Shown: piece by piece, positions 19,301-27,591 of the stretch
How positions within the stretch are numbered: position 1 is the stretch's first letter
Layout: the number at the start of each line of letters is the position of its first letter
NCBI GenBank assembly: GCA_022508465.1
Contig: JAFLVB010000002.1
Span: 628-64,627 of the forward strand
Length of the DNA: 64,000 nucleotides
Source: Clostridiales bacterium
GTDB taxonomy: Bacteria; Bacillota; Clostridia; Christensenellales; Pumilibacteraceae
Direction of reading: 5' to 3'
Position numbers and translations under genes: made by a program
The notes under the pieces: generated by a model
Databases searched by the model: none
What the model saw: the letters and a program-made list of their open reading frames with translations, nothing else
What the model was told of the DNA's origin: nothing

Positions 19301-21798
19301 TACAAATATTGTTCGGTCGTTTCCGATCTGTCAAGGTCGGCAAGACCTGCACCCTGCTTACGCGGAGAATACGGATTGTCTTCCTCGTTATGCGCTATGG
19401 TAGCGGTACTCATAAGAATTTGATATATTCTCTGCTCCATAATGTTAAGGTCAAGCTCACCGTCCTTGTAAAGCTCGAACTTAGCCGCAACATCCGCCTG
19501 TTTCATGTATTGACGAAGAAGGGTAACTACACCTGCCATGTTGGGACAAGCCATAGATGTACCGCTAAAGCGCGAGTATGCAGTCTCGTCACCGGGGATA
19601 GCCGAGTAAATTTCACCACCGTGAGCGGTTATTTCCGGCTTAAGTACAAGGTTAGGAAGCGGACCCCAGTTAGAGAAATCGCTCATAAACGGGCCTGCTT
19701 TCTTTTGCGGATTTACTGTAAAGTATGCTGCGCCACTATTGTCCTTGTTTTTGATAAGAGCAGCAACGTCCATTGTAATCGAGCAGGACGGAATAGTGAT
19801 GTTGTCACCTACCTGCATTCTGATTATACCTGCAGCATTGTTGAATACGATACAAGCAAGTGCACCCTGTCTTGTAGCTTCTTTAAGTTTATCTTCGAAG
19901 TTTATTTGACCACGAGATACAAGAGCTATCTTGTTCTTTACATCTTTACCTGCATAGTTACCGGTATTGCCGACACCGGAAATGGTAACATAAGGAATTT
20001 GCAACTCATATTCAACAAATTCGGAGCTGGCATCAACCAACCTCATCTTCTCTAATACATTGCTTAAATTGCTTAAAGTTATATCTTTCTTTTCGAATTG
20101 GGAATACTTCTTACCATCTTCTTTGGCAGTCGTACCGGCAGCGTCCTCATACATAAAGGAATTAATATAGCCAAGCAAAGTTGTCTTAACGCTATTATCA
20201 ATTTCCGGATCGCTGAGTTTGGTAACGAGAGTGTTCCAAATGTCTTCCATAAAGTTATACGAAGTACCATTAACCTTTGCAGACTCATTGTAATATGCGG
20301 TTGCAGTACCACCGTTATATGTAGCCTCAAGGTATTGCGATTTAACACCGCTTATGGAAGCTACCGCAAATGCCGCATCATACGATGCGGGAGAGCCTAC
20401 CGAACCCGAGTCGGGGTTAGATGTAAGGTTAAGACCGGCATGGCTGTTAAAGCTGGAGCTGTACTCGTTACCTGCTGCAACCAAAAGCGAAATACCTGCC
20501 CTACCTACGCTTTCATAAGCCCTATACACGCTGTTGTACGCACCTACATCTTCCTGGAAACCGGCCGTAGAACCCAAGCTCATGTTGATTACGTCTACAT
20601 CCAAAGTAATGCAGTCTTCAAGAGCGCCAAGCAAAGAGTAGCTGCTTGCACCACCTTCATAGTCCGAGAATACCTTGAATATAGCAAGCTGAGCCTGCGG
20701 TGCAACACCTGTTATACCGGTAATTATCTTACCGTCTTTATCATAAAGGGTCTCTCCGTGTTCGCCCTTAGGGTCATCACTGTGACCTGCGATAATACCT
20801 GCTACGTGAGTACCGTGAGCATTATCTACATGCGAGTTAACTTCGGTATCATAGTCTGCATAGTCAAATGTAAACGGAACCTTTTCATTTCTATAAACGT
20901 CATCTACAGTAAGAACGCCTGTTCCGTTTTCGCCGTCTTCAAATTTGTCTTTCATTTCGTCTTTATCGGAAACCTGATAGCTAAGCGAAAGCATGCCGTT
21001 AGCAAAAACAAGATCAGACAATCTAGACTTTACATAATCCTTTGTGAATTTTAAAGTATTGTTCTTCTTTTGATTCTCAAGATCGAAAAGCGGGTGAGAG
21101 GGATCAAATGCAATATGCTCCCAGTCAAGACCGGTATCGAGAACGGCTGCAACCATACCCTGTCCGGCAATCTTTAGTTCTTCTCGACTTCTTGTAGAAT
21201 CGAAAATACCGGTTCCCATTGCGGCAACGTGGTTTTCTACCGCTTGAATTTCCGGCGCATTATATGTTTCACTTATCATAGTACCCAATACGTTTGCTCT
21301 ATCAGCAATACCGTCGATAGCCTTACGGTCGCCATATCTAATCTCGATAGCAAAGCCGTTCAAGGTATTAACGTAGTTGTACTTAAGTGTTACGTCAACT
21401 TGACGTGCAATCTTATTATATAAAGCTTTTTGCTTATTAATAAGATTTTCGGCAGCATTCTTACCATCTGTGGACAGTCTGTAATCCGAGAATGATGAAT
21501 AGCTTCCCGGATTGGCAAGATATGTATCAATAAGCGTGTTCTCATCCATTGTGACAATCAAAACGACTTTGTCGTCTTTGCTAAGCGCCTTATTGGAGCT
21601 TACAATCTTGTCCGGATCGAGAGCTGACGCAAGATCACTCTCCGCCTGACCAGCTTGAATTGCCGAATTAGTCGAAACATTAGGGTTTATTATACTGTTT
21701 CCAATGAACGCCGTGAATGCCGCTGTGACACCCATCACGCCCACAAGAAGAAATACAACAAACGACGCTAAGTTCAGTCTGAAATTCTTTCTTTTCAT
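13399..21798 (-). CDS. Giant membrane-anchored S8 (subtilisin/cell-envelope-proteinase-like) peptidase with PA, Big_2-like and BspA-type LRR domains (2799 aa)
   Basis: Catalytic triad motifs are AAVLDTGLD, HGTHVAGII and SGTSMACPNMAG. A PA-like insert (KIALVSRGQINFEDKLKEATRQGALACIVFNN) is present. The Big_2-like block ends in ATVTITSRVNRNASATLTVKV. About 870 aa are LRR_5-type repeats (IG..AF..C..L..V..P). There is a C-terminal TM helix plus RKKK. Start ATG 21798 (MKRKNF) follows AGGAGG; the 33-codon track extension was rejected. Confidence 0.9.
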   Translation of the reverse strand: MKRKNFRLNLASFVVFLLVGVMGVTAAFTAFIGNSIINPNVSTNSAIQAGQAESDLASALDPDKIVSSNKALSKDDKVVLIVTMDENTLIDTYLANPGSYSSFSDYRLSTDGKNAAENLINKQKALYNKIARQVDVTLKYNYVNTLNGFAIEIRYGDRKAIDGIADRANVLGTMISETYNAPEIQAVENHVAAMGTGIFDSTRSREELKIAGQGMVAAVLDTGLDWEHIAFDPSHPLFDLENQKKNNTLKFTKDYVKSRLSDLVFANGMLSLSYQVSDKDEMKDKFEDGENGTGVLTVDDVYRNEKVPFTFDYADYDTEVNSHVDNAHGTHVAGIIAGHSDDPKGEHGETLYDKDGKIITGITGVAPQAQLAIFKVFSDYEGGASSYSLLGALEDCITLDVDVINMSLGSTAGFQEDVGAYNSVYRAYESVGRAGISLLVAAGNEYSSSFNSHAGLNLTSNPDSGSVGSPASYDAAFAVASISGVKSQYLEATYNGGTATAYYNESAKVNGTSYNFMEDIWNTLVTKLSDPEIDNSVKTTLLGYINSFMYEDAAGTTAKEDGKKYSQFEKKDITLSNLSNVLEKMRLVDASSEFVEYELQIPYVTISGVGNTGNYAGKDVKNKIALVSRGQINFEDKLKEATRQGALACIVFNNAAGIIRMQVGDNITIPSCSITMDVAALIKNKDNSGAAYFTVNPQKKAGPFMSDFSNWGPLPNLVLKPEITAHGGEIYSAIPGDETAYSRFSGTSMACPNMAGVVTLLRQYMKQADVAAKFELYKDGELDLNIMEQRIYQILMSTATIAHNEEDNPYSPRKQGAGLADLDRSETTEQYLYVMKNGVEQERTKVELGDDPSKKGEYTVEFYVKNVGSSSASYTISSHVMTEGISSDEKTVTEKSRMLTDYTAALKVDGVAKELDSTITVAAKSSVKITYTITLGDKDREWLANFKNGMYVDGFVRLINEDKVNGIDLNIPYLAFYGDWSDAPIIDYEIYETSKDLNDDTIDEDDKRYSNAQPIQLLGKYTENGQEYSFPMGSYVFNLPEGYTGPDAEADKAAVSFNTDSAISGIYGVAGFLRGAKRLFWEITDAVTGDYIYGSTYRSARKASAASGYGGAYFEIDMTQMDFVNNHKYTFTCYPVLDWHADQFKTKQDVIDYNINKMLSRCECSDKERCIVNEDCQDANCACEDNRIRYYWSTDFWYDTDAPFISNTELRVVRDSSDNASYYLDMYLTDNHYIQAMSLTAYDKDKEEYVSTFDPVDGTLRPIITQRNATTLVSLNLTYMWEQIQDGILYQLENLNNAAAIAAHPELGTYLTQFKVTLYDYAFNTSYYTIDLMELYEYMESVQFGDIGNYATYSYTENNVTNQVNVMTSYNDTPKEDSTLRSVTIIKGQKIELMKAVVPTPATAWREDFVFTSSAPAIVRVNDETGEIYAEGAGEATVTITSRVNRNASATLTVKVLSLEDAAKYKIPVSTLQADQNLNSLSFKVSGWAFDAGEEYIIELEHDPWYYELESDIISGKYFIRWTSSNDRVAAVRPMTRADAAKFGEEYSIFKAVVTANRGSDYDGEYVKNISAFATVTAQLCKISENGKNNDPVYGAYDTTVYSAQFAAYVYEEFVTTGNELTEYHGTPILDEKTGLMTVTIPSNLNITTIASSLFYERKGIEYIIFPEGLETIGRAACAYMIDLRRVKFPSTLQKIDQYAFIAKYETAAEGPVPGLSIVDTSDCAKPLQIAAYAFANQKYIGVDIEASIKASGGEANFDFGDDKDGKNKIVLISEADRELFNTKMVRVVDKYAFANLAFVSKLDLTGLRGASIGAFFNIGSSLHNHFNGENGPKYADVIFGENTYAGIAAFVGNGIGKVTLPMRRISAQMFYGLTEEQEDVHEDEEQENPDADVETKYTPSYIGELEEITFTADNVVIEMGAFIYSSVKKVTFEKPVYSIGEAAFAYSKIEEINFKNGCREIGNQAFFATEIGKTADGEAGEFKLPAGLEKLGTAAFSQCEYIGKLVIDKNCKWTTENGQVSASAGTPFYGCKNLAEFEVEPDNAYLTSKNGVIYNKEGDMLIAVPGAKEFTNANDVLDGVTKIGDYAFGANTYIEKADISGIEEFGDGIFFMCSALTEVTLPQHNITDLMFYECTSLKDVNFPATIDDTRDPITKIGQFAFYKTVFERIELPNTISEIGMGAFAENTELKAITLPSNVTEIADTTFYGCSSLALINTVSPSADSGFTENGNLTRITRIGVGAFCYTAIPSIRLINCTYIAEQAFAGCSNLESVDLRVATYIGDYAFAPGNNEETGESIATIKTVNIPMAKTLGTGAFYYQNKLEAIELDACTEIGALAFYSCTSLTKVYMPQAKTIGMYAFANTAVNQVYPDKELDLPEYYRYLGILSADLEYIHPTAFIASSVLGYVFYGENPRYFQSDELALYRYVEGGYELVAVPTLYQQSTEFTVMDGTIRIGNYAFYFNQYIFKVNIPDSVRWIGDGAFASSDVRIYNFETLQAPELEAGYATTETENGDVYFWQMYNNFYQPFTYSPDGGAFKYNSIRMHDEYDKRVDLNSSMQLQNESYTGGGFTGYPYGMVVERPSNAKGFDNFIWANYFDSTLLMPELMEDTTRIVMDLIRALPEANKVTVAHRDDIESARGRYDSLSSFEQQVFVIKEGLLDRLEACEQRLAEIDGNDAARRQAVKDLINELPDPADITLKDKDAVVAAREAYDALTSTNQSVFATENAALVTKLEQCEAKISELEDKGGEKEGCGSCGTVAFGAGNNGGTGLMVGLFAVMLVSLLVVLLRKKKSAQK

Positions 21799-21899
21799 AG
21801 GTCCTCCTTGACTTGATGAAATGTAAATTATTAATAGATCGTCAGGCTGTCGCCCGAGACTTATTACAGGATAAAATACCCGATAATACGAGTACAAGA

Positions 21900-21928
21900 A
21901 TTATATCATATGAATATATACTTTGCAA
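21900..21928 (-). promoter_or_regulatory. Sigma-70-type promoter of the protease gene
   Basis: On the minus strand: TTGCAA (21923-21928), 17-nt spacer, TATAAT (21900-21905). It lies about 100 nt upstream of ATG 21798. Confidence 0.6.
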
Positions 21929-21941
21929 CTAAAAATTTTCG

Positions 21942-21968
21942 GTTAAAAGTAATTTGTCTACTTTCAAC
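21942..21968 (-). terminator. Weak AT-rich hairpin after the glycogen operon
   Basis: On the minus strand: GTTGAAAGTA-GACAAAT-TACTTTTAAC, then CGAAAATTTTT. The stem is AT-rich and the U-run is interrupted. Confidence 0.3.
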
Positions 21969-21997
21969 ACTCAACCTACACAATTGTTTACATAAGG

Positions 21998-23761
21998 TCA
22001 TTTATTGTCGCCGCAAAAATGACGATAGATGAAAATTTGACTTTTATTTACATTTTTTACCACTAAAATCGCTTCATTATCGGGTATAAAGGCCCCTTCC
22101 TCACAGATGTCTTCACCGCTTAAATTGACAATTAAAGTAAGCGAAATGTCGCCATCACTCCTTACAATCTTAAAAACATTATTTGACGGGGACTCGTCTG
22201 TGCAAGATCCGCTAAAAACAGATGCATATTGTCTTCTTATCTCGCCAAGGCGCTTATAATGAGCTATCAGTTCGGCGTTTTCATTACCCCAGGGGTAGCA
22301 TTTTCGGCAAAACGGGTCCTCGTGCCCGCTAAGTCCCGCCTCATCTCCATAATATAGACATGGCACACCCGGCAGGATATACTGAATAAGCGAGGCGAGC
22401 TTCACCCGCTGCGCCGCCTCGATGATATCCGATTGAGTATATTCCGCTCTTTCGTCCTTGCTTTGCGGGCGCTCGTCGTTAGATAATGCCGTAATTATTC
22501 TATCCGTATCATGAGTGCCGAGTATATTCATCATAGACAAAAAGACCTCGGACGGGTAGTCGTTTATAAGCTCTCTTAACGTTTTTCTTAGCAGCGTATT
22601 ATCACCTGTCAATAAAAACTCTATTATTCCTGCTTTAAATGGATAATTTGTCACCCCGTCAAGCTGTTTTCCCAAAAAGTAGCTACGTCTACTGCCATAA
22701 GCGAATTTGCGAGCGGCGTTTTCCCATACTTCGCCAATTAGCGTGACATTAGTATCACTATGCAGCCTGTCCAAAAAGGCGCTATGCAGCTCGTCTGCAA
22801 CGTCAAGACGCCACCCCACTATACCTTTCCGCCCCCATCTCTCAATTACGCCATTACTGCCAAGCATAAAATCCATATATGAGGGCGACGCCTCATTGAC
22901 TTCGGGCAGAGTTTCAAATCCCCACCAACATTTATACTCGTTTGGATATCGGTTAAAACTGTACCACTCGTAGTATAGGCTTGACTGAGACTGATACGCT
23001 CCCAACGTATCATAATTGCCGTATCTATTAAAATATTTGCTATCGGCACCCGTATGCGAAAACACCCCGTCAAGGATAATACCAATACCTCGCTTTTTTG
23101 CCTCTAAAACGAGACTATCGAAATCCTCCTCGGTTCCTAATGTTGAGTCTATCTTTTCGTAGTCGCCCGTATCGTATCTATGACTGCTCGCCGCCTCGAA
23201 TATCGGATTTAAGTAGATATACGTTACACCTAAATCCTTTAGATAGTCGAGTTTTGATATAATGCCTTGTAAATTGCCGCCAAAAAACTCGTTGTTATAC
23301 TTGCCGCTTTCGTCAGGCAAATGTGACGGCACAGCATACCAGTCCTCTTGAAATTTAGCACCCGTCTTTATATTTGGCTTGCCCTCAATATAAAAACGGT
23401 CGGGCATTATCTGATAGATAACCCCGCCGCTTAGTGGTCTAAAGCTGCCCTCGTATACAAGCTGAAGATAGTCGCTACCATTTACAATCAAGTTTAAAAA
23501 CTCGTCGCTGCCATATCTGACGCCGTCAATCAAAAAATAGTAAAAATACAGCCCACAGGTAGTTATATTTAGGTTTACGGTAAAGCCGTCGTTAAACCTA
23601 TCCATATCGTAATAAACAGGCACATGTCCCTCGCCTTCCTTAGTAAGCACAAGGGTAGCAGAGTGCGCCTCGCCCAATATGTTTACGGTAAGAGGGTGGC
23701 CTGCTTTTACGCCACCCACTCTGCTCTTAAATCGACTATATAGTGGGCAATACTCAATCAT
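21998..23761 (-). CDS. GH13 alpha-amylase-family enzyme (neopullulanase/cyclomaltodextrinase-like, cytoplasmic)
   Basis: GH13 conserved regions are present: YQIMPDRF, GWRLDVADEL, IGEVWE, LGTHDTDR. No signal peptide. It overlaps glgP by 8 nt. Confidence 0.85.
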   Translation of the reverse strand: MIEYCPLYSRFKSRVGGVKAGHPLTVNILGEAHSATLVLTKEGEGHVPVYYDMDRFNDGFTVNLNITTCGLYFYYFLIDGVRYGSDEFLNLIVNGSDYLQLVYEGSFRPLSGGVIYQIMPDRFYIEGKPNIKTGAKFQEDWYAVPSHLPDESGKYNNEFFGGNLQGIISKLDYLKDLGVTYIYLNPIFEAASSHRYDTGDYEKIDSTLGTEEDFDSLVLEAKKRGIGIILDGVFSHTGADSKYFNRYGNYDTLGAYQSQSSLYYEWYSFNRYPNEYKCWWGFETLPEVNEASPSYMDFMLGSNGVIERWGRKGIVGWRLDVADELHSAFLDRLHSDTNVTLIGEVWENAARKFAYGSRRSYFLGKQLDGVTNYPFKAGIIEFLLTGDNTLLRKTLRELINDYPSEVFLSMMNILGTHDTDRIITALSNDERPQSKDERAEYTQSDIIEAAQRVKLASLIQYILPGVPCLYYGDEAGLSGHEDPFCRKCYPWGNENAELIAHYKRLGEIRRQYASVFSGSCTDESPSNNVFKIVRSDGDISLTLIVNLSGEDICEEGAFIPDNEAILVVKNVNKSQIFIYRHFCGDNK

Positions 23762-26162
23762 TACTTAGCCTCTTTAAGTGCCAAATATTACTTGCATACT
23801 CCTCTATACTGCGATCGGCAGCAAACACTCCCGCCCTCGCAATATTTATAAGCGACGACTTGTTCCATGCCGTCTTATCGGCATATTTAGCGTCCATCAA
23901 AGCTGCGGCACGCTTATAGTCGTCGTAATCTTTTAAACACATGTATGGGTCTGCCATGCCCCCACCTATTGTAAGGTACGTCGCTATGTCCACAAAGCTC
24001 TCGCCGGCAAAGCCCTTTTTGAGCCTATCCACCACGCGCCTTATTTCCTCCGAGCCAGAGTAAACAGCCGACGCGTCCACCTCGCTCCAAGCGCGCTGAG
24101 CCTCCGACGCCGTCAGACCAAAGGCAAACATATTGTCCCTGCCAACGCGTTCGAGAATTTCCACGTTGGCGCCGTCCACGGTACCCAGCGTAAGCGCGCC
24201 GTTAAGCATAAGCTTCATATTTGACGTGCCGCTTGCCTCCTTGCCCGCAAGGCTTATCTGTTCGCTCACCTCGCTGGCGGGAATAAGCCGCTCCGCAAGT
24301 GTAACGTTATAGTTCTCGACAAACAGCACGCGCAGTTTGCCATATAAATCCTTATCAAGCGCCGTCTCTTTTGCAAGGCAGTTGATAAGCGTAATGACGC
24401 GTTTGGCGTGAGCATAACCACCCGCCGCCTTTGCGCCGAAAATAAAGGTCTGCGGTGAAAAATTTTTGCCCGGGTTGTCCTTTATCTCAAGGTAGTAACT
24501 TATAATTTTAAGCACATTCAAAAGCTGACGTTTATATTCGTGCAGTCGCTTTATCTGAACGTCAAATCGTGAATACGGGTCTATAATTTCGCCCGTTTCC
24601 CTCTTTACAAAAGAAGCAAAGTTTTCCTTGTTGGCTTGTTTGATTTCGCCCAATCTCTTTAGTACGCTATCGTCACTAACAAATTGCTCGAGTTTAAGCA
24701 GCTCGCTTGCGTCAAATTTATATTTATCGCCTATAAGCTCCCCTACGAGCTGAGCAAGCTTGGGGTTAGCCTGACAAAGCCAACGTCTATGCGCTATTCC
24801 GTTGGTCACATTGGTAAATCTATCCGGAAAAACAGCATATAGGTCTTTAAAAACATTGTTCTTGATAATGTCGCTGTGCAGTTGAGAAACACCGTTAGTG
24901 CTGTGTGAACCTATTACGCTCAAATTCGCCATACGCACCTGTCTGTCCCACAGTATGGCGGAGCTGTGCAAAATGCCGCCATTGCCGCTTTCTCGCATAT
25001 GAGAGCTAAACCGTCTGTCTATCTCGGCGATAATCATATATATGCGCGGCAGTCGCGACTGAAAAAGCTCTATATCCCACTTTTCGAGTGCCTCGGCAAG
25101 CACCGTATGATTGGTGTACGCTATGGTGTTTACCGTTATATCATAGGCCTCGTCCCAGCCAAAGCCGTGTTCGTCCATAAGTAGACGCATAAGCTCCGGT
25201 ATCGCAAGCGCGGGATGTGTGTCATTAATATGAATAGCCACCTTGTCACTTAGGTTTTTTAGCGACCCATACCACTTAATATGGTCTTTTAATATGCTTT
25301 GAAGCGACGCACTCACCAAAAAATATTGCTGGCTGAGTCTCAGCAGTTTGCCCTCATAATGGTCGTCTGAGGGATAAAGCACCTTGCTTATAAGCTCCGC
25401 CTCGGAGTCAGCTCGTATCGCTGTAAAATAGTCCCCGCGCGAGAACTTTTGCATATCAAAGCTACGGTAAGCCGAAGCCTTCCATAGCCTAAGTACGCTT
25501 ACGCCTTTGCCGCCCGCTCCGCTTATCATCACGTCGTACGGCGTTGCCTCTATCACCTCGGCGTCCTTGTGATTAAAGCACATCTTTCCGCCGTCCATAT
25601 AAGTCTCGACATATCCGCCGAGCGGAACTTTAAAATTCTTGTCAGAGCGCGGCAACATCCAAACTTCGCCCGACGGCAGCCATAGGTCAGGCAGTTCGAC
25701 CTGCATATTCTCTACAATCTTCTGCCTAAACAGCCCGTAGTCGTATCTTATCGAAAATCCCATAGCGGGATAGCCGAGCGTGGCAAGACTGTCCATAAAG
25801 CATGAAGCGAGTCGTCCCAAACCGCCGTTGCCAAGCCCGGGGTCTGCCTCAAGCTCACAAAGCTCGTTTAGGTCAAAGCCCAAAGAGGCGAGCGCCTCGT
25901 CAAAGCACTCTGTGAGTCCGAGATTAAAAAGGTTGTTTTTAAGACTACGTCCCACCAAAAATTCCATACACAGGTAGTAAACTCGCTTTAGTCCCTGCCT
26001 TTGAATTTCGGCATTGTTGATTTGCTTGCGGGATATGAGTAAATCGCGCAGCACAAGGCACGTCGCCTTATAAACCTGCTCTTTAGTGGCAGTTTCGGGC
26101 GATGTGGCAAAGCCTGCATTAAGCTTTTCGATGATAAGTTGTTTGTAATTATTCATATCCAT
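23754..26162 (-). CDS. glgP: Glycogen/maltodextrin phosphorylase (GT35)
   Basis: Motifs NGGLGRLASCFMDS and EASGTSNMKLMLNGALTLGTVDGANVEI (PLP-lysine region). Length 802 aa. Confidence 0.95.
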   Translation of the reverse strand: MDMNNYKQLIIEKLNAGFATSPETATKEQVYKATCLVLRDLLISRKQINNAEIQRQGLKRVYYLCMEFLVGRSLKNNLFNLGLTECFDEALASLGFDLNELCELEADPGLGNGGLGRLASCFMDSLATLGYPAMGFSIRYDYGLFRQKIVENMQVELPDLWLPSGEVWMLPRSDKNFKVPLGGYVETYMDGGKMCFNHKDAEVIEATPYDVMISGAGGKGVSVLRLWKASAYRSFDMQKFSRGDYFTAIRADSEAELISKVLYPSDDHYEGKLLRLSQQYFLVSASLQSILKDHIKWYGSLKNLSDKVAIHINDTHPALAIPELMRLLMDEHGFGWDEAYDITVNTIAYTNHTVLAEALEKWDIELFQSRLPRIYMIIAEIDRRFSSHMRESGNGGILHSSAILWDRQVRMANLSVIGSHSTNGVSQLHSDIIKNNVFKDLYAVFPDRFTNVTNGIAHRRWLCQANPKLAQLVGELIGDKYKFDASELLKLEQFVSDDSVLKRLGEIKQANKENFASFVKRETGEIIDPYSRFDVQIKRLHEYKRQLLNVLKIISYYLEIKDNPGKNFSPQTFIFGAKAAGGYAHAKRVITLINCLAKETALDKDLYGKLRVLFVENYNVTLAERLIPASEVSEQISLAGKEASGTSNMKLMLNGALTLGTVDGANVEILERVGRDNMFAFGLTASEAQRAWSEVDASAVYSGSEEIRRVVDRLKKGFAGESFVDIATYLTIGGGMADPYMCLKDYDDYKRAAALMDAKYADKTAWNKSSLINIARAGVFAADRSIEEYASNIWHLKRLSND

Positions 26163-27566
26163 TTAAATCAACTCGTTATACAGTTTATTATACGCCTTAG
26201 CGCTCTTGCGCCAGCTAAAATCTGACGTCATAGCATTATGACGAATTTCCTGCCAAGAAGGCGTATGATAAAGCTCGATAGCCTTTTTTACCGCAAAAAG
26301 AAAATCTTCGGTGGCGTACTTTTCAAACAAAAAGCCGTTACCGCCCTCTTGGTCATAGTTTATAATACTGTCTTTTAGTCCGCCCGTAGCGCGCACCACG
26401 GGAACGCTACCGTACCGACACGCTATCATCTGACTCAGACCGCACGGCTCGCTTTTGCTCGGCATAAGCAAAATGTCCGACCCTGCATACAGTTTTTGCG
26501 CCAAATCCTTGTTAAACGCAATAACGGTACACACTTTTCCGGGCGACGTTTGCTGCATATAGGTAAAATATTCCTCGTAATATCTGTCACCTTTACCCAA
26601 AATGACGATCTGCACGTCCTCTTTGAGAATATCGCCTATCGCGTACTTTATAAGGTCAAGACCTTTGTGCGATGCAAGGCGGGAAATAACAGCAATAAGC
26701 GGCGCATCGGTCACTGGCAGGTTCAAAAGTTTTTGCAGCTCGCGCTTGTTTTGCGCCTTGCCCTCCATATCATAAGGCCCATAGCTTGCAAAAACCGCCT
26801 TGTCTGTAAGCGGATCGTAAGCCTCACCTATGCCATTGAGTATACCTCTTAGCTTATGCCCATTGTTTTTTATGATAATACTCAGCCCCATTGCATAAAA
26901 ATCATCACTAAGCTGACTTGCGTAAGTGGGACTGACGGTAGTCAAAACGTCGCAGGTCTCAATAGCGCCCTTAATAAGATTTATGCAACCGTCAAAGTCC
27001 ACAACATTATAGTCGGCATAATCTATGCCAAAGACGTCGCCGAGAATCTCCTTGCCAAATTTGCCCTGATACTCGATATTGTGTATAGTAAATACGTCTT
27101 TTATACCACTTAAATCTTTATATATGAGCTTGTGATAAATAGGCACAAGCGCGGTCTGCCAATCGTTGCAATGAATAATATCCGGCTTCCAATCCAAAAA
27201 GCGAATGATCTCGAGTATCGCCCTCGAAAAGTACGCAAAGCGCTCCCCATCGTCATATTGACCATAGATAGTGGGACGCTTAAAATAATACTCGTTTTCG
27301 ACAAAATAGTACAATATCCCCTCTTTTTCGAGTGTGAATATGCCGCAATACTGATTACGCCAGGAAACGGGGACGTTTATCACTCCTATCTTTTGCAAAT
27401 TGTTTTTGTCTATGCCGTACTCATAAAGCGGCAAAATGACGCGCACGTCCACGCCTAAATTCCTTAGAGCACACGGCAAAGAGCCAATGACGTCACCCAG
27501 TCCGCCCGTCGCCCAAAACGGATTACATTCCGTCGCGGCAAATAAAACTTTCTTAGTCTTAATCAA
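26163..27566 (-). CDS. glgA: Glycogen synthase (ADP-glucose type)
   Basis: N-terminal motif KVLFAATECNPFWATGGLGDV. C-terminal motif is the GT5 type, SEPCGLSQM. Confidence 0.95.
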   Translation of the reverse strand: MIKTKKVLFAATECNPFWATGGLGDVIGSLPCALRNLGVDVRVILPLYEYGIDKNNLQKIGVINVPVSWRNQYCGIFTLEKEGILYYFVENEYYFKRPTIYGQYDDGERFAYFSRAILEIIRFLDWKPDIIHCNDWQTALVPIYHKLIYKDLSGIKDVFTIHNIEYQGKFGKEILGDVFGIDYADYNVVDFDGCINLIKGAIETCDVLTTVSPTYASQLSDDFYAMGLSIIIKNNGHKLRGILNGIGEAYDPLTDKAVFASYGPYDMEGKAQNKRELQKLLNLPVTDAPLIAVISRLASHKGLDLIKYAIGDILKEDVQIVILGKGDRYYEEYFTYMQQTSPGKVCTVIAFNKDLAQKLYAGSDILLMPSKSEPCGLSQMIACRYGSVPVVRATGGLKDSIINYDQEGGNGFLFEKYATEDFLFAVKKAIELYHTPSWQEIRHNAMTSDFSWRKSAKAYNKLYNELI

Positions 27567-27591
27567 AATCGTTCTCCCGTTATATTTTATG

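Noticed and set aside
21799-21897. N-terminal extensions proposed by the ORF track for the protease (33 codons), birA (31762-31812), the DUF3737-like gene (35783-35845), rplW (57022-57072), rpsJ (58613-58819) and the OppC-like gene (7197-7244).
   Set aside because: In each case an internal ATG is preceded by a strong SD at proper spacing and gives the canonical N-terminus or signal peptide. The extensions have no SD and overlap promoters, leaders or upstream genes.
21931-21945. CodY-box-like sequence AATTTTCGGTTAAAA just upstream of the protease -35 box.
   Set aside because: It matches only about 10 of 15 positions of the AATTTTCWGAAAATT consensus in either orientation. In AT-rich intergenic DNA that is not distinguishable from chance.
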